Under the pieces are notes generated by a model that saw nothing but the letters and a program-made list of their open reading frames with translations, was not told the origin of the DNA and did no database searches. DNA of 64,000 bases. Origin: Deltaproteobacteria bacterium. Its GTDB lineage: Bacteria; Myxococcota_A; UBA9160; UBA4427. Position numbers and translations under genes: made by a program. Positions within the stretch are counted from its first letter, which is position 1; each line of letters opens with the position of its first letter. The stretch covers positions 33,569-97,568 of the forward strand of contig JAFDDH010000002.1 in assembly GCA_019310975.1 (NCBI GenBank), given 5' to 3'. Below are positions 43,176 to 52,647 of this stretch, piece by piece.

Positions 43176-44257
43176 GCTTCGTGATTGCAGGCGGAGGTAC
43201 GGGCGGGCACGTGACACCCGCGCTCGCGCTCGGTGAGGAGATCACATCGCGCGGACACCAGGCGCGCTTCATCGGCTCCGAGCAGGGGCTCGAAGCCGAG
43301 CTCCTGCCGGCCGCAGGCTTCGAGCTCGTCACGCTGCGAAGTCAGCAGGTAATGGGGCGTAGCTTGCTCGGTCGGGCAATCGGCGTGCTGGGCATCCTGC
43401 GTCAAGTCAGCGCGGCACGCAACGCGCTCGAGCAGTACGCGGCCGACATCGTCGTGTCCGTCGGCGGCTTCGCCGCGATGCCCACCGCCATCGCGGCCGT
43501 GCTCTCACGCACGCCGCTCGTTCTGGTCGAGCCGAACGCGATTCCCGGACGGGTCAACCGGCTTACGGCGCACTTCGCAAAGCAGGTCTTCGTGGGATTC
43601 GCGGCTGCGGCGGGCCATCTCGGAGGCGGCGAGAAAGTCACGCATATCGGCATTCCACTGCGCCGCGCGCTGGTGGATGCGTTTGCGACCGCGCCGGCCC
43701 GCAAGGCGCCAGCGCTCCCGCTCCGACTCTTCGTATTCGGGGGCAGCCAGGGCGCACGGCAGATCAACGAGGCGATGATGGAGCTGGCGCCGCGCCTGGC
43801 GAGCCGGCCGCTGCGCGTCTTCCACCAGACGGGCGAGGCGGATCGCGAACGGGTCGTCCGGGCCTACGCAGAGGCAGGCCTCGAGGCCGAGGTCGTCGCC
43901 TTCGAGCACGAGATGCCGCGCCGCTATCGTGAGTCGGACCTTGCCCTGTGTCGCGCCGGTGCGCTGACCGTCGCCGAGCTGGCGATGGCAGGCCTGCCGT
44001 CGATCCTGATCCCCTACCCCTTCGCGGCCGACGACCACCAGGCGGCCAATGCCGACGCCCTGGCGTTGGCGGGTGCCGCGCACAGGCTCTCTTCGCGGCC
44101 GCTGGACCTGGACGAGCTCGAGAGCGAGATCACGCGCCTGATCGAGCAGCCCGACGCACTCGCTCCGATGAGCGAGGCCGCCGCTGCGCTCGCGCGCCCG
44201 GATGCAGCGCGTGACATCGTCGAGGCTTGCCTTGCGCTGCTCGGAGAAGCGCGATGA
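43166..44257 (+). CDS. murG: UDP-N-acetylglucosamine--N-acetylmuramyl-(pentapeptide) pyrophosphoryl-undecaprenol GlcNAc transferase
   Basis: In ORF 43103..44257. MALSFVIAGGGTGGHVTPALALGEE, and AGALTVAELAMAGLPSILIPYPFAADDHQ. Confidence 0.9.
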   Translation: MALSFVIAGGGTGGHVTPALALGEEITSRGHQARFIGSEQGLEAELLPAAGFELVTLRSQQVMGRSLLGRAIGVLGILRQVSAARNALEQYAADIVVSVGGFAAMPTAIAAVLSRTPLVLVEPNAIPGRVNRLTAHFAKQVFVGFAAAAGHLGGGEKVTHIGIPLRRALVDAFATAPARKAPALPLRLFVFGGSQGARQINEAMMELAPRLASRPLRVFHQTGEADRERVVRAYAEAGLEAEVVAFEHEMPRRYRESDLALCRAGALTVAELAMAGLPSILIPYPFAADDHQAANADALALAGAAHRLSSRPLDLDELESEITRLIEQPDALAPMSEAAAALARPDAARDIVEACLALLGEAR

Positions 44258-45645
44258 ATCGAAAGATCCATCGCATCCACTTCGTCGGCATCGGTGGCGC
44301 CGGAATGTGCGGCATCGCGGAGCTCTTGCACAACCAGGGCTATCAGATTACCGGCTCCGACCTCGGGGAAGGCAAGAACGTGGCTCGACTGCGCTCACTC
44401 GGCGTGGAGGTGGACGTAGGGCACGATCGCAGCCATGTCGGCAACGCGCAGGTGGTCGTCGCTTCTTCGGCGATTCACGCCGACAACGCCGAGCTGGTCG
44501 AAGCCCGCGCGCGCAAGATTCCGGTGATCGCGCGCGCCGAGATGCTGGCCGAAATCATGCGCCTCAAGGAAGGCGTCGCGGTCGGCGGCAGCCACGGCAA
44601 GACCACCACGACCTGGCTGATCGCCCACGTGCTCGACGCGGCTGGCCTCGACCCGACTGCGGTGATCGGCGGGCGCATCCTCGGCAGCGGCGGAGAGCAG
44701 GGCAGCGCTCGCCTCGGACAAGGCAACCTGCTCATCGCCGAGGCAGACGAGAGCGATGGCTCCTTCCTGATGCTCTCGCCCGTGATCACCGTGATCACGA
44801 ATATCGACCCCGAGCACCTCGATCACTACGGCAGCTTCGAAGCCGTACAGGAGGCATTCGTCCACTTTGCCAACTCGGTGCCCTTCTGGGGGCTGAACGT
44901 GGTCTGCCTCGACCACCCCGGCGTACAGTCGATCCTTCCGCGACTGCGGCGTCGTTACGTCACGTACGGCTTTTCACCGCAGGCGGATCTCTCGGCGAGC
45001 GACTTCGCGGTGGAGGGTGCGGGCAGCCGCTTCCGCCTGCAGTCCGGCGACAAGGTACTCGGCGAGGTGCGTTTGCCACTGCCCGGGCGCCACAACGTCG
45101 CCAACGCGCTGGCCTGCATCGCCGTGGCACTCGAGCAGGGCGTCTCCTTCGAACGGATCGTGGCGGCCCTGGCGGACTTCGGCGGCATCGAGCGGCGCTT
45201 CGAGGCCAAGGGCGAAGCGGCCGGCGTGCGCGTCGTGGATGACTACGCCCACCATCCCGCCGAGCTGCGCGCCACTCTCGCCGCCGCGCGCGGCGTGCAC
45301 GGCGGGCGCATCGTCGCGGTCTTCCAGCCCCACCGCTACACGCGCACCCGCGATTGCTTCGACGACTTCGCCACCGCCTTCCACGACAGCGACGCGCTGC
45401 TCGTGTGCGACATCTTCGCGGCGGGTGACGACCCGATCCCCGGCGTGAACGGGCGTGCGCTGGCTGACGCGATCGCGGCTCACGGCCACCGCAACGTGCG
45501 CTTCGTCGCGTCCCTCGACGAGATTGCCGACGTGCTGCCCAAGGAGCTCACCGAGGGCGACCTCGTGCTGACGCTCGGCGCAGGCGACGTCTCGCGCCTC
45601 GGACCGCTGCTGCTCGAGCGGCTTTCCGGAGGTACGCTGCGATGA
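44254..45645 (+). CDS. murC: UDP-N-acetylmuramate--L-alanine ligase
   Basis: In ORF 44227..45645. MNRKIHRIHFVGIGGAGMCGIAELL, and GSHGKTTTT. ATGA overlap with murG. Confidence 0.9.
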   Translation: MNRKIHRIHFVGIGGAGMCGIAELLHNQGYQITGSDLGEGKNVARLRSLGVEVDVGHDRSHVGNAQVVVASSAIHADNAELVEARARKIPVIARAEMLAEIMRLKEGVAVGGSHGKTTTTWLIAHVLDAAGLDPTAVIGGRILGSGGEQGSARLGQGNLLIAEADESDGSFLMLSPVITVITNIDPEHLDHYGSFEAVQEAFVHFANSVPFWGLNVVCLDHPGVQSILPRLRRRYVTYGFSPQADLSASDFAVEGAGSRFRLQSGDKVLGEVRLPLPGRHNVANALACIAVALEQGVSFERIVAALADFGGIERRFEAKGEAAGVRVVDDYAHHPAELRATLAAARGVHGGRIVAVFQPHRYTRTRDCFDDFATAFHDSDALLVCDIFAAGDDPIPGVNGRALADAIAAHGHRNVRFVASLDEIADVLPKELTEGDLVLTLGAGDVSRLGPLLLERLSGGTLR

Positions 45646-46559
45646 TCGCGGCCGAAGCCCGCGCCGCGCTCGAGCAGGCCCTGGGCGAGGGCGTGCTCTT
45701 CGACGTGCCGATGTCGCGCCACACCTCGCTGCGCATTGGCGGTCCTGCGGACGCCCTGGCGACTCCGGCTGATCGCGCCGAGCTGATCGCGCTGCTGCGC
45801 ATCTGCCACCAGCACAGATTGGCCCGCACGCTGCTGGGATCCGGCTTCAACATATTGGTACGCGACGCTGGGCTCGACGGCGTGGTGATCTCGCAGAAGA
45901 AGCTGCGGCGCCTCGAGGAGAGGAGCGGTCCCGCGGTCTTCGCCGAGGCCGGCGTCTCCCACGCCGGCGTGACTCGCTTCTGCCAGCAGCACGGCTTCTC
46001 GGGCATGGAGTTCGCCGCCGGGATTCCGGGCACCGTGGGCGGCTGGATCGCGATGAACGCCGGTATCGGGGTGCGCGAGCAGAAGGATGTGGTGGTATCG
46101 ATCGAGATTGCGACCGCGAACGGCGGCGAGGAGCGCACGCTCGCGGGCGAGCAGCTCGACTTCCGTTATCGCGAGCTGGTGGGTCTACCCGAAGGTGCAC
46201 TCGTTCTCTCGGCCCTCTTCGCCGTGAGCCCGTCCACGCCGGACGCCGTGAAGGCTGAGATCGACCGACTGCTCGGCCAGCGAAGCGCAACTCAACCCCT
46301 CGACGTGCCGTCCTGCGGCTCGGTCTTCCGAAATCCCGAGGGCGACTTTGCGGGTCGCCTGATCGAGGCCGCCGGCCTGCGCGGGGAGAGGATCGGCGCG
46401 GCCCAGATCTCGACGCAGCACGCCAATTTCATCACCAATCTCGGCGGCGCAACCGCGGCCGATGTGCTGGCGCTGATCGAGCGCGCGCGCGAGCGGGTGC
46501 TCGAGCGGAGCGGAATCGAATTGGCCACGGAGGTGAAAATCATGGGGAGAGCGACTTGA
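45642..46559 (+). CDS. murB: UDP-N-acetylenolpyruvoylglucosamine reductase
   Basis: 305 aa. FAD-binding LRIGGPAD, LLGSGFNILV, and SCGSVFRNP. Confidence 0.9.
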   Translation: MIAAEARAALEQALGEGVLFDVPMSRHTSLRIGGPADALATPADRAELIALLRICHQHRLARTLLGSGFNILVRDAGLDGVVISQKKLRRLEERSGPAVFAEAGVSHAGVTRFCQQHGFSGMEFAAGIPGTVGGWIAMNAGIGVREQKDVVVSIEIATANGGEERTLAGEQLDFRYRELVGLPEGALVLSALFAVSPSTPDAVKAEIDRLLGQRSATQPLDVPSCGSVFRNPEGDFAGRLIEAAGLRGERIGAAQISTQHANFITNLGGATAADVLALIERARERVLERSGIELATEVKIMGRAT

Positions 46560-47533
46560 TCGGCCGGCGCGGACGTGGACGCGGGAACTCGCGCTACGAG
46601 GTGGCCAACCGGCGCCGAGGCGAGCGTGCGCGGGAGCACCTGACGCGCCAGCGCCAGCGCGACCTGCGCAGGCGCAAGATCACCGAGCGCGAGCGCGAGC
46701 GGGCACGCAGCGGCCGCAGCGAGCCCACCCTCGGTCCTCGCCTCAAGCACGCCGGGCTCTTCATCCTCTCGCTCGCCGCGGGTTTGCTGCTCGCCAGCCC
46801 GATCCAGCAGACCCTGACGAGCTGGACGGGCGGCGGACTCTCGCGGCTGGAGTCCATCGCGATCCAGGGCAATGATCACCTCAGCTTCGAGCATGTGGCC
46901 CTCGCGACGGGCGTCTCACCCGGTAGCGTGCTGTCCGATGTCGTGCCAGCCGAGGTCGAAGCTCGGCTCCGCGCCGACCCTTGGATCCGCGAGGCACAAG
47001 TCGTTCGGCTTCCACCCTCGACCCTGCTCGTGCGCGTTTTAGAGCGCCGCGCGCGCGCCGTGCTCGTGGGCGAAGAGGACCTGCGGCTCGTCGACGACTC
47101 CGGCAACCCCTTTGCCACGGCATCGGCCGAGCAAGCCGCCGGTCTGCCACGCATCGTGGGGGGGCGGGACCTGCCCAGCCACACGGTGCACGCGTTGCTG
47201 ATCACGGGGCTGGACCTCGTCGAGCGCATGCACGCCATCGGCGTGCTGGTGCTCTCACCCGAGGGCCGACTGGATCTGCATCTGCCAAGTGGCAGCGAGC
47301 CAGAGGGCTGGCGTGTGCACGCCCCCGACCGCGACACGTGGGTGGTGCTGGGACACGAGGATCCAATCGAACGCTTCGAGCGCCTCGTCGAGCTCCTCGA
47401 GAACGAGGAGGTCGCGCGCTCGATCGAGGGCGGCAGGCGACGCATCGATCTGCGCTTCACGGGACAGGCCGTCCTGAGCAGTGAGGCACACCGGGAGAGG
47501 CAGCGAATCGACCAAGAAGACAGGATCTCCTGA
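46556..47533 (+). CDS. ftsQ: Cell division protein FtsQ (POTRA domain) with an Arg-rich N-terminal tail
   Basis: 325 aa. The TTG start overlaps the murB stop. TM helix GLFILSLAAGLLLA. POTRA-like LESIAIQGNDHLSFEHVALATGVSPGS...LRADPWIREAQVVRLPPSTLLVRV. Confidence 0.75.
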   Translation: MIGRRGRGRGNSRYEVANRRRGERAREHLTRQRQRDLRRRKITERERERARSGRSEPTLGPRLKHAGLFILSLAAGLLLASPIQQTLTSWTGGGLSRLESIAIQGNDHLSFEHVALATGVSPGSVLSDVVPAEVEARLRADPWIREAQVVRLPPSTLLVRVLERRARAVLVGEEDLRLVDDSGNPFATASAEQAAGLPRIVGGRDLPSHTVHALLITGLDLVERMHAIGVLVLSPEGRLDLHLPSGSEPEGWRVHAPDRDTWVVLGHEDPIERFERLVELLENEEVARSIEGGRRRIDLRFTGQAVLSSEAHRERQRIDQEDRIS

Positions 47534-47675
47534 CATGCCCGCCGGGCACGGCGTCGGCGTGCAGGGATGGACCCGCTCCGGGGGGGAGCGGGCTGAAAGC
47601 GGCGGCCTCGCGCGGATGCGCGGCGCCGTCCAGTCCGGGCTGGCCGAGGATTCGGCGGCCCATTGGGGGGAAGAA

Positions 47676-48914
47676 ATGTCACGCAGGGAAGAGCTGATCG
47701 TGGGTCTGGACATCGGAACGACCAAGATCTGTGCGGTCGTGGCCGAACGCAGCGCGAATGGCGTCGACGTGGTGGGGATCGGGACCCATCCGTCACGCGG
47801 TCTGCGCAAAGGGGTGGTGGTCGACATCGACGCCACCGTCGACTCCATCAAGCGTTCCGTCGAAGAGGCGGAGCTGATGGCCGACTGCGAGATCACGTCG
47901 GTGTACGCCGGCATCGCGGGCGGACACATCCGCGCCTTCAACTCGCATGGTGTGGTGGCCGTGAAGGATCGCGAGGTGCGCGAGGGGGACGTCAAGCGGG
48001 TGATCGACGCCGCCAAGGCGGTCGCAATCCCGATGGACCGCGAGGTCATCCACGTGATCCCGCAGGAGTTCATCATCGACGACCAGGACGGCATCCGCGA
48101 GCCACTGGGCATGAGCGGCGTGCGGCTCGAAGCCAAGATCCACATCGTTACGGCCGCCGTCACCAGCGCCCAGAACATCGTCAAATGCTGCAACAAGGCC
48201 GGGCTGAATGTGATCGATATCGTGCTCGAGCCACTGGCCTCCGCCCAGGCGGTATTGGCCAACGACGAGCGCGAGCTCGGCGTGTGCATGGTGGACATCG
48301 GGGGCGGCACCACGGACATCGCGGTCTTCGCGGAAGGCTCCATCAAGGAGACCGCGGTGCTCGGGCTCGGCGGCTACCACCTCAGCAACGACATTGCGGT
48401 GGGGCTGCGTACGCCCTTCGACGAGGCCGAGCGGATCAAGAAGAAATTCGGTGTGGCCTCCGCCCGCTATCTACCGGGTGACGACGTGATCACCGTCCCG
48501 AGTGTGGGCGGACGTCGGCCCAGGGAGGTTTCGCGCAAGATCCTGTGCGAGATCATCGAGCCGCGCGTGGAGGAGATCCTCTCGCTCGCCCAGCAGGAGA
48601 TCACGCGATCGGGGCTGCAGGACTCGATCCCCTCCGGCGTGGTGCTGACCGGCGGCGCCTCGGCGCTGAGCGGGCTGACCGAGCTGGCGGAGGAGATATT
48701 CGAAACACCGGTTCGCCAGGGAGTGCCGTCGCATATCGGCGGTCTGCAGGACGTCGTTCGCAGCCCGATGTACGCCACGGGCGTCGGGCTGGTGCTCTTC
48801 GGAAACTCGCAGCAACGGGCCCACAACACGAGCCGCTTCCGAATCCGCGACGAGTCCATATTTGGGCGTGTCAAGCAGCGGATGCGGGACTGGTTCTACT
48901 CCGAGTTCGCTTGA
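47676..48914 (+). CDS. ftsA: Cell division protein FtsA
   Basis: In ORF 47481..48914. The ATG at 47676 gives MSRREELIVGLDIGTTKICAVVAE. Also VDIGGGTTDIAVF and a C-terminal amphipathic helix RMRDWFYSEF. Confidence 0.9.
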   Translation: MSRREELIVGLDIGTTKICAVVAERSANGVDVVGIGTHPSRGLRKGVVVDIDATVDSIKRSVEEAELMADCEITSVYAGIAGGHIRAFNSHGVVAVKDREVREGDVKRVIDAAKAVAIPMDREVIHVIPQEFIIDDQDGIREPLGMSGVRLEAKIHIVTAAVTSAQNIVKCCNKAGLNVIDIVLEPLASAQAVLANDERELGVCMVDIGGGTTDIAVFAEGSIKETAVLGLGGYHLSNDIAVGLRTPFDEAERIKKKFGVASARYLPGDDVITVPSVGGRRPREVSRKILCEIIEPRVEEILSLAQQEITRSGLQDSIPSGVVLTGGASALSGLTELAEEIFETPVRQGVPSHIGGLQDVVRSPMYATGVGLVLFGNSQQRAHNTSRFRIRDESIFGRVKQRMRDWFYSEFA

Positions 48915-49053
48915 TTGCGGCGGGTCGGATCGAGAAACCACTGAAGTGGCGGTCGGTTTTTGTCCACGAGACGAAACGATCACGACAAAAACAACCGCAT
49001 TCTGTTACATTCGGCGCGCCTGAAGAGGGTCGCGCCTATTGGGGGGTGAGAGT

Positions 49054-50565
49054 ATGACCAAGCGCAAGGGTCAAGGTCGGGGTCAAAGTCAAGGTCGGGG
49101 TCAAGGTCGAAGTCGGGAGACGGGCACTGGCGGCAGTGGTGGTGGTGACAGCCGCCGCAGCAGCGGCGCAGCGGACGCCCCGGCCGGTCTGAAGACCGAG
49201 TCCATCGACCTGCTGGAAATCGGGCCGGAGGACGACGGAGACCTCTTCGAGTTGGAGGGATCGTCGCACCAGAAGGCCACCATCAAGGTCGTCGGTGTGG
49301 GGGGGGGCGGCGGCAACGCCCTCAATACGATGATCGATTCGGCCCTCGGCGGTGTCGAGTTCATCGCAGCCAACACCGACGCGCAGGCGCTCAAGCACAA
49401 CTTTGCGCCCGTGAAGGTGCAGCTCGGTGCCGAGGTCACACGCGGCCTCGGCTGCGGAGCCAATCCGGACCGCGGCCGTGCCTCGGCGCTCGAGGCGCGC
49501 GATCGATTGCGCGAGATCCTCGAGGGCTCCGACATGGTCTTCGTCACCGCCGGCATGGGCGGCGGCACCGGGACCGGTGCGGCGCCGATCGTGGCCGAGG
49601 TGGCGCGCGAGATCGGGGCGCTGACCGTCGGCGTGGTGACCAAGCCCTTCCCCTTCGAGGGACGGGTACGGACCAAGCACAGCGAGCGCGGCATCGATCA
49701 GCTGCACGGGGTGGTGGATACCCTGATCACCATCCCCAACCAGCGCCTGCTGGCATTGGCGGGAAAGCAGACGTCCATCCAGGACGCCTTCAAGCTGGCG
49801 GACGATGTCTTGCTGAATGCGGTGCGGGGCATCTCGGATCTCATCACGATTCACGGTCTGATCAACCTCGACTTCGCGGATGTGCGAACCGTGATGAACG
49901 AGGCGGGCGTGGCGTTGATGGGAACGGGCGCCGGCCACGGCGACACGCGGGCCGTGGACGCCGCACGCGCAGCCATCTCCAGCCCGCTGCTGGAGGATCT
50001 CTCCATCGACGGCGCCCGGGGCGTGCTGATCAACATCACGGGCGGCCCCGACATGACGCTCTTCGAGGTGAACGAAGCCTCGATGCTCGTCCAGGAGGCG
50101 GCGCACGAGGACGCCAACATCATCTTCGGTGCCGTGATCGACGAGGAGGTACCGGAGGGCGAGCTGCGCGTGACGGTGATCGCCACCGGGCTCGACGATG
50201 GCCGTGCGCGCCGCGACATCCCCACGGAGACGCGCGACCAGGCGCCTGGCCACTCGTTCGGCGCCCAGCAGCTCGAGATCGAGAACATCACACCGAGCAT
50301 GACGAGGAGCCCGGCCGCGCAGCAGATCCCGGTCACCCAGGGCGCTCCGGCGCCGCCCGAGGTCGGCCAAAGGGCACCCGTCCAGCAGGCCGCACCGCTC
50401 GAGGCCGCTGGACCGCGGGGCGACGACGGGGGACGCGCGGGCCAGGGCTTCGAGTCCCCGTTCGAGGACGAGTACGACACTCCGGCATTCATCCGGCGGC
50501 GCTCTGAAGAGGGCGAGGACGAGGATCGAGAGACGCCTGCATTCCTGAGACGCGCACAGGACTGA
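49054..50565 (+). CDS. ftsZ: Cell division GTPase FtsZ (with N-terminal extension and duplicated C-terminal peptide)
   Basis: In ORF 49039..50565. The ATG at 49054 follows [25 protein letters not shown], the tubulin signature [12 protein letters not shown], and NLDFADV. Confidence 0.95.
   Translation: MTKRKGQGRGQSQGRGQGRSRETGTGGSGGGDSRRSSGAADAPAGLKTESIDLLEIGPEDDGDLFELEGSSHQKATIKVVGVGGGGGNALNTMIDSALGGVEFIAANTDAQALKHNFAPVKVQLGAEVTRGLGCGANPDRGRASALEARDRLREILEGSDMVFVTAGMGGGTGTGAAPIVAEVAREIGALTVGVVTKPFPFEGRVRTKHSERGIDQLHGVVDTLITIPNQRLLALAGKQTSIQDAFKLADDVLLNAVRGISDLITIHGLINLDFADVRTVMNEAGVALMGTGAGHGDTRAVDAARAAISSPLLEDLSIDGARGVLINITGGPDMTLFEVNEASMLVQEAAHEDANIIFGAVIDEEVPEGELRVTVIATGLDDGRARRDIPTETRDQAPGHSFGAQQLEIENITPSMTRSPAAQQIPVTQGAPAPPEVGQRAPVQQAAPLEAAGPRGDDGGRAGQGFESPFEDEYDTPAFIRRRSEEGEDEDRETPAFLRRAQD
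49069..49116. repeat. Hexanucleotide-periodic repeat (GGTCAA/GGTCGG x8) inside the ftsZ 5' end
   Basis: Read directly as ggtcaa ggtcgg ggtcaa agtcaa ggtcgg ggtcaa ggtcga agtcgg. It encodes [16 protein letters not shown]. Confidence 0.85.
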
Positions 50566-50604
50566 CTCCGAGCCCACCCGGGTCTTGCGCCGGGCAGCCA
50601 ACAG

Positions 50605-50635
50605 ACGGGCGGGGTGGCCGAGCCACTCCGCCCGT
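50605..50635 (+). terminator. Stem-loop downstream of ftsZ (ACGGGCGG...CCGCCCGT)
   Basis: An 8-bp GC-rich perfect stem (50605-50612 / 50628-50635) with a 15-nt loop, 40 nt after the ftsZ stop. There is no clear U tract. Confidence 0.35.
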
Positions 50636-50714
50636 TCTGCAACCGGCGTCGACTTCGCTATCCAATGGGGCCCCTGGCCGCTTCCGGCCGACCCCGCCAC
50701 GCGAGAGTCGACGC

Positions 50715-51530
50715 ATGCCCGAGCCCGAGCCGATCATCGTCCTGGAACGCCGGGACGACGTGGTCACCCTGACCTTCAACGACCCCGATCGCCGCAACGC
50801 GATGACGGCCGCGATGGGCAGAGCCTTCGCCGAACGGATCAGCGGCCTGGCTGGCGACCGCTCGCTGCGCGCCCTGATCCTGACCGGGCAGGGCCGGGCC
50901 TTCTCGGCGGGCGGCGACCTGGGCATGATCCAGGAGCGGGCCGACGAGGCGCATGCGCGACCGGGACTCGCCCGGCGCGGCGTGCGCGACTTCATGCGTG
51001 CCTTCTACGAGCTCTTCCTGAGCGTGCGGGAGCTGCCCTGCCCCACCCTGGCCGCCATCAACGGCCACGCCATTGGGGCGGGCCTCTGCGTCGCCCTGGG
51101 CTGCGATATCCGCTACGTGGCGGAGGACGCGCGCCTGGGCCTCAACTTCACGAAGCTGGGCCTGCACCCCGGCATGGGGGCCACCTGGACACTGCCCCGG
51201 CTGGTGGGCCCCGAACGGGCCGCCGAGCTTCTCTACACGAGCCGGCTGGTCCACGGTGCCGAGGCCGCGCGCATGGGCCTGGCCAGCCGCGCCCTACGAG
51301 CTGCCGATGTATTGCCGGCCGCCGTGGAGACGGCCGCCGAGATCGCCGCTTGCGCGCCGATCGCCGTGCGTGGACTGAAGCGAGCACTGGCGCGCAGCGA
51401 GGGCGCCTCGCTCGAGGATCAGCTCAGCTTCGAGGCCAGCGAGCAGTCGGTCTGCTTCGAGAGCGACGATGTCCAGGAGGGCATCACGGCAGCCCGCGAG
51501 CGTCGGGAGCCGATCTTCCACGGCCAGTGA
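50715..51530 (+). CDS. Enoyl-CoA hydratase/isomerase (crotonase) family protein
   Basis: 271 aa. VVTLTFNDPDRRNAM, GQGRAFSAGGDL, and INGHAIGAGLCVALGCDIRY. Confidence 0.85.
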   Translation: MPEPEPIIVLERRDDVVTLTFNDPDRRNAMTAAMGRAFAERISGLAGDRSLRALILTGQGRAFSAGGDLGMIQERADEAHARPGLARRGVRDFMRAFYELFLSVRELPCPTLAAINGHAIGAGLCVALGCDIRYVAEDARLGLNFTKLGLHPGMGATWTLPRLVGPERAAELLYTSRLVHGAEAARMGLASRALRAADVLPAAVETAAEIAACAPIAVRGLKRALARSEGASLEDQLSFEASEQSVCFESDDVQEGITAARERREPIFHGQ

Positions 51531-51724
51531 GAGGTGTCGAGGGTCCGCGGTGTGACGCTGGACACAGCCCGCGTGGCCCGAGTGACGAATCGTTCGTCAT
51601 CGACCGGTCCAGCCAGCCGAAGCCGGAACAATTTGACCCGGTGTGCGCTCAGAGACTAAAGTGCGCGCGCAATCGTTCGAATAGATTCAGCAGGAACAAC
51701 ACGGTCGAGACTCGGGGGGCGAGA

Positions 51725-51811
51725 GTGAGCAAGGCGTTTCGGAGCAACCATTTCTGGCTGACCATCGCCTATGTGGGCACCATCCTTTTGATCGCTCGCG
51801 CCTACGCCTGA
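51725..51811 (+). CDS. Candidate 28-aa small hydrophobic protein (speculative)
   Basis: The GTG at 51725 is preceded by GGGGGGCGAGA, the same purine-rich pattern that precedes the ftsZ start. It encodes MSKAFRSNHFWLTIAYVGTILLIARAYA, which has one predicted TM helix. It lies in an otherwise unassigned ~500-bp gap. I have no homology evidence. Confidence 0.25.
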   Translation: MSKAFRSNHFWLTIAYVGTILLIARAYA

Positions 51812-52028
51812 CCGCTGCATCGGCCGGTCTCAACCCGGCCCACTGGCTCCCGCCACGCGCTGGCGATCCCCGCGTCCCCGTAGCCTGCGGAGCGCCCTGA
51901 TCCCTCGGGGCATCAACCCCGAGCGACCCGGCACAACTTCAGATTTCGGGTGGCCGCCCGGCGGATGCGCGGCAGCCAGGCCCGGCGCTCCGGGGCTAGA
52001 CCATCTGGAGTGACCGGCTCGATAGGGT

Positions 52029-52472
52029 CTAGGGCAATGCCTCGACGAGAGCCTGGATCTCGCCGGCGTTGAAGAAGTAGGAGATCTCGAGCTTGGCGGT
52101 CTCCGGTGCATCGGAGCCGTGCACGGCGTTGCGCTCGATGTCGGTCCCGAAGTCGCCGCGCAGGGTTCCGGCCGGCGCCTCGTTGGAGTTGGTCGGCCCC
52201 ATCAGGTCGCGCCAGCGCTGGATGGCCTCTTCGCCCTCGAGGACCATCGCGATCACCGGCCCGGAGGTCATGAACTTGACCAGGTCGCCAAAGAAGGGCC
52301 GCTCCTTGTGAACCGCGTAGAAGCCCTGGGCCAACCGGTCATCGAGCTGCAGGCGCTTGATCGCGAGCAGCTCCAGACCCGACTCCTCGATGCGGGCAAT
52401 GATCTGACCGGCGACCTGCTTTGCGACGGCGTCGGGCTTGATGATGGCAAAGGTCCGCTGCGATTCCGGCAT
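52029..52472 (-). CDS. ndk: Nucleoside-diphosphate kinase
   Basis: C-terminal 147 aa of ORF 52029..52640. [16 protein letters not shown]..., [10 protein letters not shown], and NAVHGSD (active-site His). Confidence 0.95.
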   Translation of the reverse strand: MPESQRTFAIIKPDAVAKQVAGQIIARIEESGLELLAIKRLQLDDRLAQGFYAVHKERPFFGDLVKFMTSGPVIAMVLEGEEAIQRWRDLMGPTNSNEAPAGTLRGDFGTDIERNAVHGSDAPETAKLEISYFFNAGEIQALVEALP

Positions 52473-52647
52473 GCCGGGGCTCTCCTCGATTGGATGCGCA
52501 GGTTCCGACTTCCTGGGAGTGCGCTCGTTTGAAGGGATCGGCGCCACGCGGGCAGCCGCGCCGGTCCGGGCGCCAGACGGGGCGCCCGGGGATTCCGCGG
52601 CCGGGAACGTAGCGGATCGCGCCGAGCCCGCAGCGCACACGAGCCGG

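Noticed and set aside
46540-46570. Absence of ddl between murB and ftsQ considered as a deletion scar or pseudogene remnant.
   Set aside because: The murB stop overlaps the ftsQ TTG start (TTGA) and there is no intervening sequence. ddl is simply encoded elsewhere, as in many lineages.
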